IMG/VR virus record: IMGVR_UViG_2778261577_000003
Length of the DNA stretch: 6,427 nt
DNA from: a virus
Taxonomy: Duplodnaviria > Heunggongvirae > Uroviricota > Caudoviricetes
Strand: one strand, 5' to 3'
Part shown: one piece after another, positions 1 through 6,427 of the stretch
Position numbering within the stretch: position 1 is the stretch's first letter
Layout of the letters: each line of letters begins with the position of its first letter
The notes under the pieces: model-generated
What the model was told of the DNA's origin: nothing
The model's database searches: none
What the model saw: only the letters and a program-made list of their open reading frames with translations
Position numbers and translations under genes: made by a program

Positions 1-276
1 TTACCGACTGCGGCCTGAGTTTTTTAAGTGACGTAAAATCGTGTTGAGGCCAACGCCCATAATGCGGGCTGTTGCCCGGCATCCAACGCCATTCATGGCC
101 ATATCAATGATTTTCTGGTGCGTACCGGGTTGAGAAGCGGTGTAAGTGAACTGCAGTTGCCATGTTTTACGGCAGTGAGAGCAGAGATAGCGCTGATGTC
201 CGGCGGTGCTTTTGCCGTTACGCACCACCCCGTCAGTAGCTGAACAGGAGGGACAGCTGATAGAAACAGAAGCCAC
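1..276 (-). CDS. insA: IS1 transposase regulatory protein InsA
   Basis: The ORF-track translation [35 protein letters not shown]...LKNSGRSR is recognisable as IS1 InsA, with the N-terminal Cys-rich zinc-finger region. The stop codon is at 1..3 (TTA on the + strand). Confidence 0.93.
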
Positions 277-308
277 TGGAGCACCTCAAAAACACCATCA
301 TACACTAA

Positions 309-331
309 ATCAGTAAGTTGGCAGCATCACC
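309..331 (-). repeat. IS1 terminal inverted repeat (insA-proximal end, IRL)
   Basis: A 23-bp stretch matches the IS1 end sequence read on the minus strand, and is immediately followed by non-IS sequence. Confidence 0.75.
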
Positions 332-332
332 C

Positions 333-419
333 CTGACCACAAAAACATTCATTACTGACCGCATGATTAAAGTCTTCCTCGGTCGTGATGGTTTACCTGT
401 AAAGGCGGAGTCATGGTGA
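333..419 (+). pseudogene. 3' remnant of a prophage ORF truncated by the IS1 insertion; kilR-like by synteny with K-12 Rac, sequence identity not verified
   Basis: The reading frame is open from the IS1 junction to the TGA at 417..419, and no start codon for the original gene remains. Its stop overlaps the ydaE ATG (TGATG), as expected for a translationally coupled upstream gene. In K-12 Rac the gene upstream of ydaE is kilR. Confidence 0.35.
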
Positions 420-589
420 TGACTAAGAAAATAAAATGTGCTTACCACCTTTGCAAAAAAGACGTTGAAGAAAGCAAAGCTATTGAAAGAATGCTTCACT
501 TCATGCACGGGATTTTATCAAAAGACGAACCGAGAAAATATTGCAGTGAAGCTTGTGCCGAAAAAGACCAGATGGCACATGAACTTTAA
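419..589 (+). CDS. ydaE: Rac prophage small Cys-rich protein YdaE (56 aa)
   Basis: Translation MTKKIKCAYHLCKKDVEESKAIERMLHFMHGILSKDEPRKYCSEACAEKDQMAHEL. GGAG at 407..410 lies 8 nt upstream of the ATG at 419. An alternative in-frame ATG at 413 has no usable SD spacing. Stop is TAA at 587..589. This ORF is below the size cutoff of the supplied ORF track. Confidence 0.75.
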   Translation: MTKKIKCAYHLCKKDVEESKAIERMLHFMHGILSKDEPRKYCSEACAEKDQMAHEL

Positions 590-663
590 TTAATTGACTA
601 TTCGAAACTGAATTTATGCCAGAAATGGCAGGTATTCGCTCAACCTTAATTAAGGAGAAAAAC

Positions 664-939
664 ATGATTACCAATTATGAAGCCACTGTTGTAACTACCG
701 ATGACATTGTTCACGAGGTGAATCTGGAAGGAAAGCGCATTGGCTACGTAATTAAAACAGAAAATAAAGAAACCCCATTCACTGTGGTTGATATCGATGG
801 TCCATCAGGCAACGTAAAAACACTTGATGAAGGTGTCAAAAAAATGTGCCTGGTGCATATCGGAAAGAATCTGCCCGCAGAAAAAAAAGCCGAATTTCTG
901 GCAACTCTAATTGCAATGAAATTAAAAGGTGAAATCTGA
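664..939 (+). CDS. racC: Rac prophage protein RacC (91 aa)
   Basis: Translation from MITNYEATVVTTDDIVHEVNLEGKRIGYVIKTENK... matches RacC as I recall it. A strong SD (AGGAG at 653..657) lies 6 nt upstream of the ATG at 664. The ORF-track start at 616 is an unsupported upstream extension. Confidence 0.85.
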   Translation: MITNYEATVVTTDDIVHEVNLEGKRIGYVIKTENKETPFTVVDIDGPSGNVKTLDEGVKKMCLVHIGKNLPAEKKAEFLATLIAMKLKGEI

Positions 940-944
940 AAGAA

Positions 945-969
945 ATAGCCTGCGTATGGCGCAGGCTAT
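945..969 (+). other. Perfect 10-bp-stem / 5-nt-loop hairpin (ATAGCCTGCG-tatgg-CGCAGGCTAT) in the racC-recE intergenic region
   Basis: Direct base-pairing check: 945-969, 946-968 ... 954-960 are all Watson-Crick. It lies 6 nt after the racC stop. No U-tract follows, so it is not a canonical intrinsic terminator. Confidence 0.45.
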
Positions 970-1040
970 GAACAGTGTGTATCCGGCAAGATCATTCACT
1001 GAACAAAACGAATTTTAATCTGAGTTGAGGTTAAAAAACA

Positions 1041-1484
1041 ATGAGCACAAAACCACTCTTCCTGTTACGGAAAGCGAAAAAATCATCCGGTGAACCTGAC
1101 GTCGTCCTGTGGGCAAGCAACGATTTTGAATCGACCTGTGCCACTCTGGACTACCTGATCGTTAAGTCAGGTAAAAAACTGAGCAGCTATTTTAAAGCTG
1201 TTGCCACGAATTTTCCTGTCGTTAATGACCTGCCCGCTGAAGGTGAGATCGATTTTACCTGGAGTGAACGCTATCAACTCAGCAAAGACTCCATGACATG
1301 GGAACTAAAACCGGGAGCAGCACCAGACAACGCTCACTATCAAGGCAATACCAACGTCAACGGCGAAGACATGACTGAGATTGAGGAGAATATGCTACTC
1401 CCAATTTCTGGCCAGGAACTGCCCATTCGTTGGCTTGCTCAACACGGCAGCGAAAAACCGGTAACGCACGTTTCACGCGACTGA
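1041..1484 (+). CDS. recE: RecE N-terminal fragment (147 aa) ending at the premature TGA
   Basis: ATG at 1041 with GAGG at 1027..1030. Translation [30 protein letters not shown]... matches the RecE N-terminus. It terminates at TGA 1482..1484. Confidence 0.7.
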
Positions 1485-1721
1485 CTCCAGGCATTACACA
1501 TTGCTCGGGCTGAAGAACTACCGGCTGTTACTGCCCTGGCTGTTTCCCACAAAACCAGCCTGCTCGACCCGCTGGAAATTCGCGAACTCCACAAACTGGT
1601 TCGTGACACTGACAAAGTTTTCCCTAATCCTGGTAATTCAAACCTGGGACTGATAACTGCTTTTTTCGAAGCATACCTGAACGCTGACTACACCGATCGA
1701 GGACTGCTGACAAAAGAGTGG

Positions 1722-3641
1722 ATGAAGGGTAATCGTGTTTCACACATCACTCGCACGGCTTCCGGTGCTAATGCTGGCGGCGGAAACCTCACCGATCGCG
1801 GCGAAGGTTTCGTACACGATCTGACGTCACTGGCGCGCGACGTAGCCACTGGCGTACTGGCCCGTTCAATGGATCTGGACATCTATAACCTTCATCCGGC
1901 ACACGCTAAACGCATTGAGGAAATTATCGCTGAAAATAAACCGCCCTTTTCTGTTTTCCGCGACAAATTCATCACCATGCCTGGCGGGCTGGATTATTCC
2001 CGCGCCATCGTGGTTGCGTCCGTAAAAGAAGCACCAATTGGGATCGAGGTCATCCCCGCGCACGTCACTGAATATCTGAACAAAGTACTGACTGAAACCG
2101 ATCATGCCAACCCTGATCCGGAAATCGTGGATATTGCCTGCGGTCGCTCCTCTGCCCCGATGCCGCAGCGAGTAACAGAAGAAGGAAAACAGGATGATGA
2201 AGAAAAACCGCAACCATCTGGAACAACGGCAGTTGAACAGGGAGAGGCTGAAACAATGGAACCGGACGCAACTGAACATCATCAGGACACGCAGCCGCTG
2301 GATGCTCAGTCACAGGTAAATTCTGTTGATGCGAAATATCAGGAACTGCGGGCAGAACTCCATGAAGCCCGGAAAAACATTCCATCAAAAAATCCTGTCG
2401 ATGACGATAAATTGCTTGCTGCATCACGTGGTGAATTTGTTGACGGAATTAGCGACCCGAACGATCCGAAATGGGTAAAGGGGATCCAGACTCGCGATTG
2501 TGTGTACCAGAACCAGCCAGAAACGGAAAAAACCAGCCCAGATATGAATCAACCTGAGCCAGTAGTGCAACAGGAACCGGAAATAGCCTGCAATGCCTGC
2601 GGCCAGACTGGCGGGGATAACTGCCCTGACTGTGGTGCGGTGATGGGCGACGCAACATACCAGGAAACATTCGATGAAGAGAGTCAGGTTGAAGCTAAGG
2701 AAAATGATCCGGAGGAAATGGAAGGCGCTGAACATCCGCACAATGAGAATGCTGGCAGCGATCCGCATCGCGATTGCAGTGATGAAACTGGCGAAGTCGC
2801 AGATCCCGTAATCGTAGAAGACATAGAGCCAGGTATTTATTACGGAATTTCGAATGAGAATTACCACGCGGGTCCCGGTATCAGTAAGTCTCAGCTCGAT
2901 GACATTGCTGATACTCCGGCACTATATTTGTGGCGTAAAAATGCCCCCGTGGACACCACAAAGACAAAAACGCTCGATTTAGGAACTGCTTTCCACTGCC
3001 GGGTACTTGAACCGGAAGAATTCAGTAACCGCTTTATCGTAGCACCTGAATTTAACCGCCGTACAAACGCCGGAAAAGAAGAAGAGAAAGCGTTTCTGAT
3101 GGAATGCGCAAGCACAGGAAAAACGGTTATCACTGCGGAAGAAGGCCGGAAAATTGAACTCATGTATCAAAGCGTTATGGCTTTGCCGCTGGGGCAATGG
3201 CTTGTTGAAAGCGCCGGACACGCTGAATCATCAATTTACTGGGAAGATCCTGAAACAGGAATTTTGTGTCGGTGCCGTCCGGACAAAATTATCCCTGAAT
3301 TTCACTGGATCATGGACGTGAAAACTACGGCGGATATTCAACGATTCAAAACCGCTTATTACGACTACCGCTATCACGTTCAGGATGCATTCTACAGTGA
3401 CGGTTATGAAGCACAGTTTGGAGTGCAGCCAACTTTCGTTTTTCTGGTTGCCAGCACAACTATTGAATGCGGACGTTATCCGGTTGAAATTTTCATGATG
3501 GGCGAAGAAGCAAAACTGGCAGGTCAACAGGAATATCACCGCAATCTGCGAACCCTGTCTGACTGCCTGAATACCGATGAATGGCCAGCTATTAAGACAT
3601 TATCACTGCCCCGCTGGGCTAAGGAATATGCAAATGACTAA
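1722..3641 (+). CDS. recE: RecE C-terminal ORF (639 aa from the first internal Met after the nonsense codon); contains the acidic linker and the C-terminal 5'-3' dsDNA exonuclease domain
   Basis: Longest ORF in the window, in frame with the N-terminal fragment. Whether it is translated from the ATG at 1722 (weak SD-like AAGAG just upstream) is inference. C-terminal RecE fragments are known to retain exonuclease and recombination activity. Confidence 0.5.
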
Positions 3642-4443
3642 GCAACCACCAATCGCAAAAGCCGATCTGCAAAAAACTCAGGGAAACCGTGCACCAGCAG
3701 CAGTTAAAAATAGCGACGTGATTAGTTTTATTAACCAGCCATCAATGAAAGAGCAACTGGCAGCAGCTCTTCCACGCCATATGACGGCTGAACGTATGAT
3801 CCGTATCGCCACCACAGAAATTCGTAAAGTTCCGGCGTTAGGAAACTGTGACACTATGAGTTTTGTCAGTGCGATCGTACAGTGTTCACAGCTCGGACTT
3901 GAGCCAGGTAGCGCCCTCGGTCATGCATATTTACTGCCTTTTGGTAATAAAAACGAAAAGAGCGGTAAAAAGAACGTTCAGCTAATCATTGGCTATCGCG
4001 GCATGATTGATCTGGCTCGCCGTTCTGGTCAAATCGCCAGCCTGTCAGCCCGTGTTGTCCGTGAAGGTGACGAGTTTAGCTTCGAATTTGGCCTTGATGA
4101 AAAGTTAATACACCGCCCGGGAGAAAACGAAGATGCCCCGGTTACCCACGTCTATGCTGTCGCAAGACTGAAAGACGGAGGTACTCAGTTTGAAGTTATG
4201 ACGCGCAAACAGATTGAGCTGGTGCGCAGCCTGAGTAAAGCTGGTAATAACGGGCCGTGGGTAACTCACTGGGAAGAAATGGCAAAGAAAACGGCTATTC
4301 GTCGCCTGTTCAAATATCTGCCCGTATCAATTGAGATCCAGCGTGCAGTATCAATGGATGAAAAGGAACCACTGACAATCGATCCTGCAGATTCCACTGT
4401 ATTAACCGGGGAATACAGTGTAATCGATAATTCAGAGGAATAA
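3634..4443 (+). CDS. recT: RecT single-strand annealing protein (269 aa)
   Basis: Translation [41 protein letters not shown]...VIDNSEE matches RecT. The ATG at 3634 is preceded by AGGA at 3622..3625 and overlaps the recE stop (ATGACTAA, 8-nt overlap). The ORF-track start at 3577 lies inside recE and is rejected. Confidence 0.9.
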
Positions 4444-4451
4444 TTCAGCCT

Positions 4452-4488
4452 GGCGGTGTAATGCACCGCCAACTTGAAATATTTTTTA
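4452..4488 (+). terminator. GC-rich 7-bp-stem hairpin (GGCGGTG-taatg-CACCGCC, 4452..4470) followed 12 nt later by a T6 run (4483..4488), between recT and ralR; possible weak terminator or attenuator
   Basis: Stem pairing verified by eye. The T-tract is not directly adjacent to the stem, so terminator function is uncertain. Confidence 0.3.
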
Positions 4489-4499
4489 TGAGAAAAATT

Positions 4500-4694
4500 A
4501 TGAGATATGACAATGTTAAACCATGTCCATTTTGTGGTTGTCCATCAGTAACGGTGAAAGCCATTTCAGGATATTACCGAGCGAAGTGTAACGGATGCGA
4601 ATCCCGAACCGGTTATGGTGGAAGTGAAAAAGAAGCACTCGAAAGATGGAATAAACGAACCACTGGAAATAATAATGGAGGTGTTCATGTATAA
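4500..4694 (+). CDS. ralR: RalR / Lar restriction-alleviation protein (64 aa), also described as a type I toxin
   Basis: Translation MRYDNVKPCPFCGCPSVTVKAISGYYRAKCNGCESRTGYGGSEKEALERWNKRTTGNNNGGVHV, with a Cys-rich zinc-ribbon-like motif. Alternative in-frame starts exist at 4488 and 4461; 4500 gives the 64-aa product I recall for K-12. Confidence 0.8.
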   Translation: MRYDNVKPCPFCGCPSVTVKAISGYYRAKCNGCESRTGYGGSEKEALERWNKRTTGNNNGGVHV

Positions 4695-4896
4695 AATTAC
4701 CGCCACTATTGAAAAGGAAGGTGGCACTCCTACTAACTGGACAAGATATTCAAAATCTAAACTAACGAAATCAGAATGCGAAAAAATGCTCTCAGGTAAA
4801 AAAGAAGCAGGCGTTTCCAGAGAGCAGAAAGTAAAACTGATAAATTTTAATTGCGAGAAACTTCAGTCCTCGAGAATTGCATTGTATTCAAATTAA
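4687..4896 (+). CDS. ydaC: Rac prophage protein YdaC (69 aa)
   Basis: Translation MYKITATIEKEGGTPTNWTRYSKSKLTKSECEKMLSGKKEAGVSREQKVKLINFNCEKLQSSRIALYSN. GGAGG at 4677..4681 lies 5 nt upstream of the ATG at 4687. The start overlaps the ralR stop (ATGTATAA). Confidence 0.8.
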   Translation: MYKITATIEKEGGTPTNWTRYSKSKLTKSECEKMLSGKKEAGVSREQKVKLINFNCEKLQSSRIALYSN

Positions 4897-4907
4897 AACT
4901 TCATAGC

Positions 4908-4923
4908 TGATTATTAATAATCA
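4908..4923. promoter_or_regulatory. Perfect 16-bp palindrome TGATTATTAATAATCA upstream of xisR-intR; candidate operator or protein-binding site
   Basis: Perfect dyad symmetry read directly from the sequence. It lies in the 78-bp ydaC-xisR intergenic region, about 50 bp upstream of the xisR ATG, and overlaps AT-rich -10-like hexamers. Confidence 0.4.
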
Positions 4924-4974
4924 ACATCGGGCGTCAATTTCAGTCTAACATTGGCGCCTGCCAGAGGTGATGCG

Positions 4975-5190
4975 ATGGCACAAGTAATCTTTAATGAAGA
5001 GTGGATGGTTGAATACGGCCTGATGCTTCGCACTGGTCTGGGGGCCAGACAAATTGAAGCATACCGCCAGAACTGTTGGGTGGAGGGCTTCCACTTCAAA
5101 CGAGTATCTCCTTTAGGTAAGCCAGACAGCAAACGAGGGATTATCTGGTACAACTATCCAAAGATAAATCAGTTTATCAAAGACTCATGA
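4975..5190 (+). CDS. xisR: Rac prophage excisionase XisR (YdaQ), 71 aa
   Basis: Translation [79 protein letters not shown] at 4964..4969. It sits immediately upstream of the integrase, the typical xis-int arrangement. Confidence 0.85.
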   Translation: MAQVIFNEEWMVEYGLMLRTGLGARQIEAYRQNCWVEGFHFKRVSPLGKPDSKRGIIWYNYPKINQFIKDS

Positions 5191-5191
5191 T

Positions 5192-6427
5192 ATGTCTAAA
5201 TTACCAACAGGTGTCGAGATTAGAGGTAGATACATTCGCATCTGGTTCATGTTTCGAGGAAAACGATGTCGGGAAACATTAAAAGGCTGGGAGATTACAA
5301 ACAGTAATATTAAAAAGGCCGGAAATTTAAGAGCGCTGATAGTTCATGAAATAAACTCCGGTGAATTTGAGTATTTAAGACGTTTTCCCCAGTCCAGCAC
5401 TGGGGCAAAAATGGTGACAACGAGAGTCATAAAAACGTTCGGAGAGCTTTGTGATATCTGGACAAAAATTAAAGAGACAGAGTTAACAACAAACACAATG
5501 AAGAAAACGAAATCACAATTAAAAACACTCAGAATAATAATTTGTGAAAGTACCCCGATATCACATATTCGTTATAGCGATATCTTAAACTACCGGAATG
5601 AACTGCTGCATGGAGAAACGCTTTACCTGGATAATCCAAGATCCAACAAAAAAGGAAGAACCGTGCGCACAGTTGATAACTATATCGCCCTGCTCTGTTC
5701 GCTGTTGCGTTTTGCGTATCAGTCGGGATTTATATCAACCAAACCATTTGAAGGAGTAAAAAAATTACAGCGAAACAGAATAAAGCCTGATCCGTTATCT
5801 AAAACAGAATTCAATGCATTAATGGAAAGTGAAAAAGGACAGAGCCAGAACTTGTGGAAATTTGCCGTTTACTCAGGACTTCGTCACGGGGAACTGGCAG
5901 CTCTGGCGTGGGAGGATGTGGATCTCGAAAAGGGAATAGTGAATGTCAGAAGAAACCTGACGATACTTGATATGTTCGGTCCCCCAAAAACAAATGCCGG
6001 GATCCGAACAGTAACACTACTGCAGCCTGCTCTTGAAGCACTGAAGGAGCAATACAAACTGACCGGGCATCATCGCAAAAGCGAAATCACCTTTTATCAT
6101 CGGGAGTACGGCAGAACCGAAAAGCAAAAACTGCATTTTGTTTTCATGCCCAGGGTGTGTAACGGAAAACAAAAACCTTATTACTCGGTAAGCAGTTTGG
6201 GGGCAAGGTGGAATGCAGCAGTAAAACGTGCTGGTATTCGCCGCCGTAATCCGTACCATACGCGGCATACTTTTGCCTGCTGGCTGTTGACGGCAGGAGC
6301 GAACCCGGCATTTATAGCCAGCCAAATGGGGCATGAAACTGCGCAGATGGTGTATGAAATTTACGGTATGTGGATTGATGACATGAACGACGAACAGATA
6401 GCCATGTTGAATGCGCGGTTATCGTAG
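5192..6427 (+). CDS. intR: Rac prophage integrase IntR (tyrosine recombinase, 411 aa)
   Basis: Translation MSKLPTGVEIRGRYIRIWFMFRGKRCRETLKGW... carries tyrosine-recombinase signatures (LRHGE; HTRHTFA; C-terminal MGHETAQMVYEIYG with the probable catalytic Tyr). The ATG at 5192 follows the xisR TGA with a 1-nt gap. The TAG stop is the last codon of the window. Confidence 0.9.
   Translation: MSKLPTGVEIRGRYIRIWFMFRGKRCRETLKGWEITNSNIKKAGNLRALIVHEINSGEFEYLRRFPQSSTGAKMVTTRVIKTFGELCDIWTKIKETELTTNTMKKTKSQLKTLRIIICESTPISHIRYSDILNYRNELLHGETLYLDNPRSNKKGRTVRTVDNYIALLCSLLRFAYQSGFISTKPFEGVKKLQRNRIKPDPLSKTEFNALMESEKGQSQNLWKFAVYSGLRHGELAALAWEDVDLEKGIVNVRRNLTILDMFGPPKTNAGIRTVTLLQPALEALKEQYKLTGHHRKSEITFYHREYGRTEKQKLHFVFMPRVCNGKQKPYYSVSSLGARWNAAVKRAGIRRRNPYHTRHTFACWLLTAGANPAFIASQMGHETAQMVYEIYGMWIDDMNDEQIAMLNARLS

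Larger units (their letters stand above)
1..331 (-). mobile_element. IS1 insertion sequence, partial: left end with insA; the rest of the element lies beyond the window start
   Basis: The 91-aa minus-strand ORF at 1..276 matches IS1 InsA as I recall it. Plus-strand sequence at 309..331 (atcagtaagttggcagcatcacc) is the reverse complement of the canonical IS1 terminus GGTGATGCTGCCAACTTACTGAT. The element ends at 331 and prophage sequence begins at 332. Confidence 0.9.
1041..3641 (+). pseudogene. recE: recE (exonuclease VIII), full-length 866-codon frame interrupted by an in-frame TGA at codon 148 (1482..1484)
   Basis: ORFs 1041..1484 and 1722..3641 are in the same frame. Translating 1485..1721 in that frame gives [79 protein letters not shown] with no further stop, so the whole span is one RecE frame with a single nonsense codon. 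The C-terminus ...[13 protein letters not shown] matches RecE. Confidence 0.85.

Noticed and set aside
93-305. 70-aa minus-strand ORF inside IS1
   Set aside because: It overlaps insA in a different frame on the same strand, within a well-characterised element where no such gene is known. It is an out-of-frame artefact.
305-508. 67-aa minus-strand ORF spanning the IS1 junction
   Set aside because: It crosses the IS1-prophage boundary and is antisense to ydaE. It has no plausible start context and is almost certainly spurious.
616-663. Upstream in-frame extensions of racC (616); likewise ydaC (4615) and xisR (4951)
   Set aside because: In each case a downstream ATG has a much better Shine-Dalgarno and yields the N-terminus I recall for the K-12 protein. 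The longer forms are ORF-finder artefacts.
590-663. Short AT-rich palindromes (TTAATTAA) in the ydaE-racC spacer
   Set aside because: They are very short, low-complexity and expected by chance in AT-rich intergenic DNA. There is no supporting structure.
1688-3539. Eight minus-strand ORFs (64 to 147 aa) antisense to recE
   Set aside because: All lie inside the strongly supported recE frame. Their hydrophobic, low-complexity translations are the expected antisense image of the GAA/GAT-rich acidic recE linker, and none is recognisable as a known protein.
3577-3633. Upstream in-frame extension of recT (ORF-track start at 3577)
   Set aside because: The extension lies inside recE and has no SD. 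The ATG at 3634 has an SD and gives the canonical [10 protein letters not shown]-terminus.
4266-4472. 68-aa minus-strand ORF antisense to the recT 3' end
   Set aside because: It is antisense to a confidently identified gene and has no recognisable features. It could only be revived if the RalA antisense RNA mapped here, and that is a non-coding RNA.
4914-5153. 79-aa minus-strand ORF antisense to xisR
   Set aside because: It overlaps the well-supported excisionase gene on the opposite strand, and its translation has no recognisable motif.
6017-6334. 105-aa minus-strand ORF antisense to intR
   Set aside because: It lies inside the integrase catalytic-domain coding region. It is an antisense artefact.
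1-6427. Novel defence or other undescribed system, CRISPR array, or tRNA/rRNA gene
   Set aside because: Every sizeable ORF is accounted for by known IS1 or Rac-prophage genes. There are no direct-repeat arrays and no tRNA-like structures. The unusual aspects are lesions and small regulatory structures, not a new gene system.

Overview
This window is the left arm (recombination and integration module) of a Rac-type cryptic lambdoid prophage of Escherichia coli, read on the + strand and interrupted at its 5' side by a partial IS1 element. Gene order: IS1 (insA, - strand, truncated by the window edge) | 3' remnant of an upstream ORF cut by IS1 (kilR-like by synteny) | ydaE | racC | recE (exonuclease VIII, carrying an in-frame TGA at codon 148) | recT | ralR (lar) | ydaC | xisR | intR, whose stop codon is the last triplet of the window. 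Gene identities come from my recollection of the K-12 Rac protein sequences matched against the supplied translations; no database search was run. I see no evidence of a novel system: this is a well-known module. The points worth a second look are strain-specific lesions (the IS1 insertion, the recE nonsense codon) and a few unannotated structured intergenic elements (a 10-bp-stem hairpin between racC and recE, a perfect 16-bp palindrome upstream of xisR-intR, a GC hairpin between recT and ralR). No tRNA, rRNA or CRISPR array was seen.
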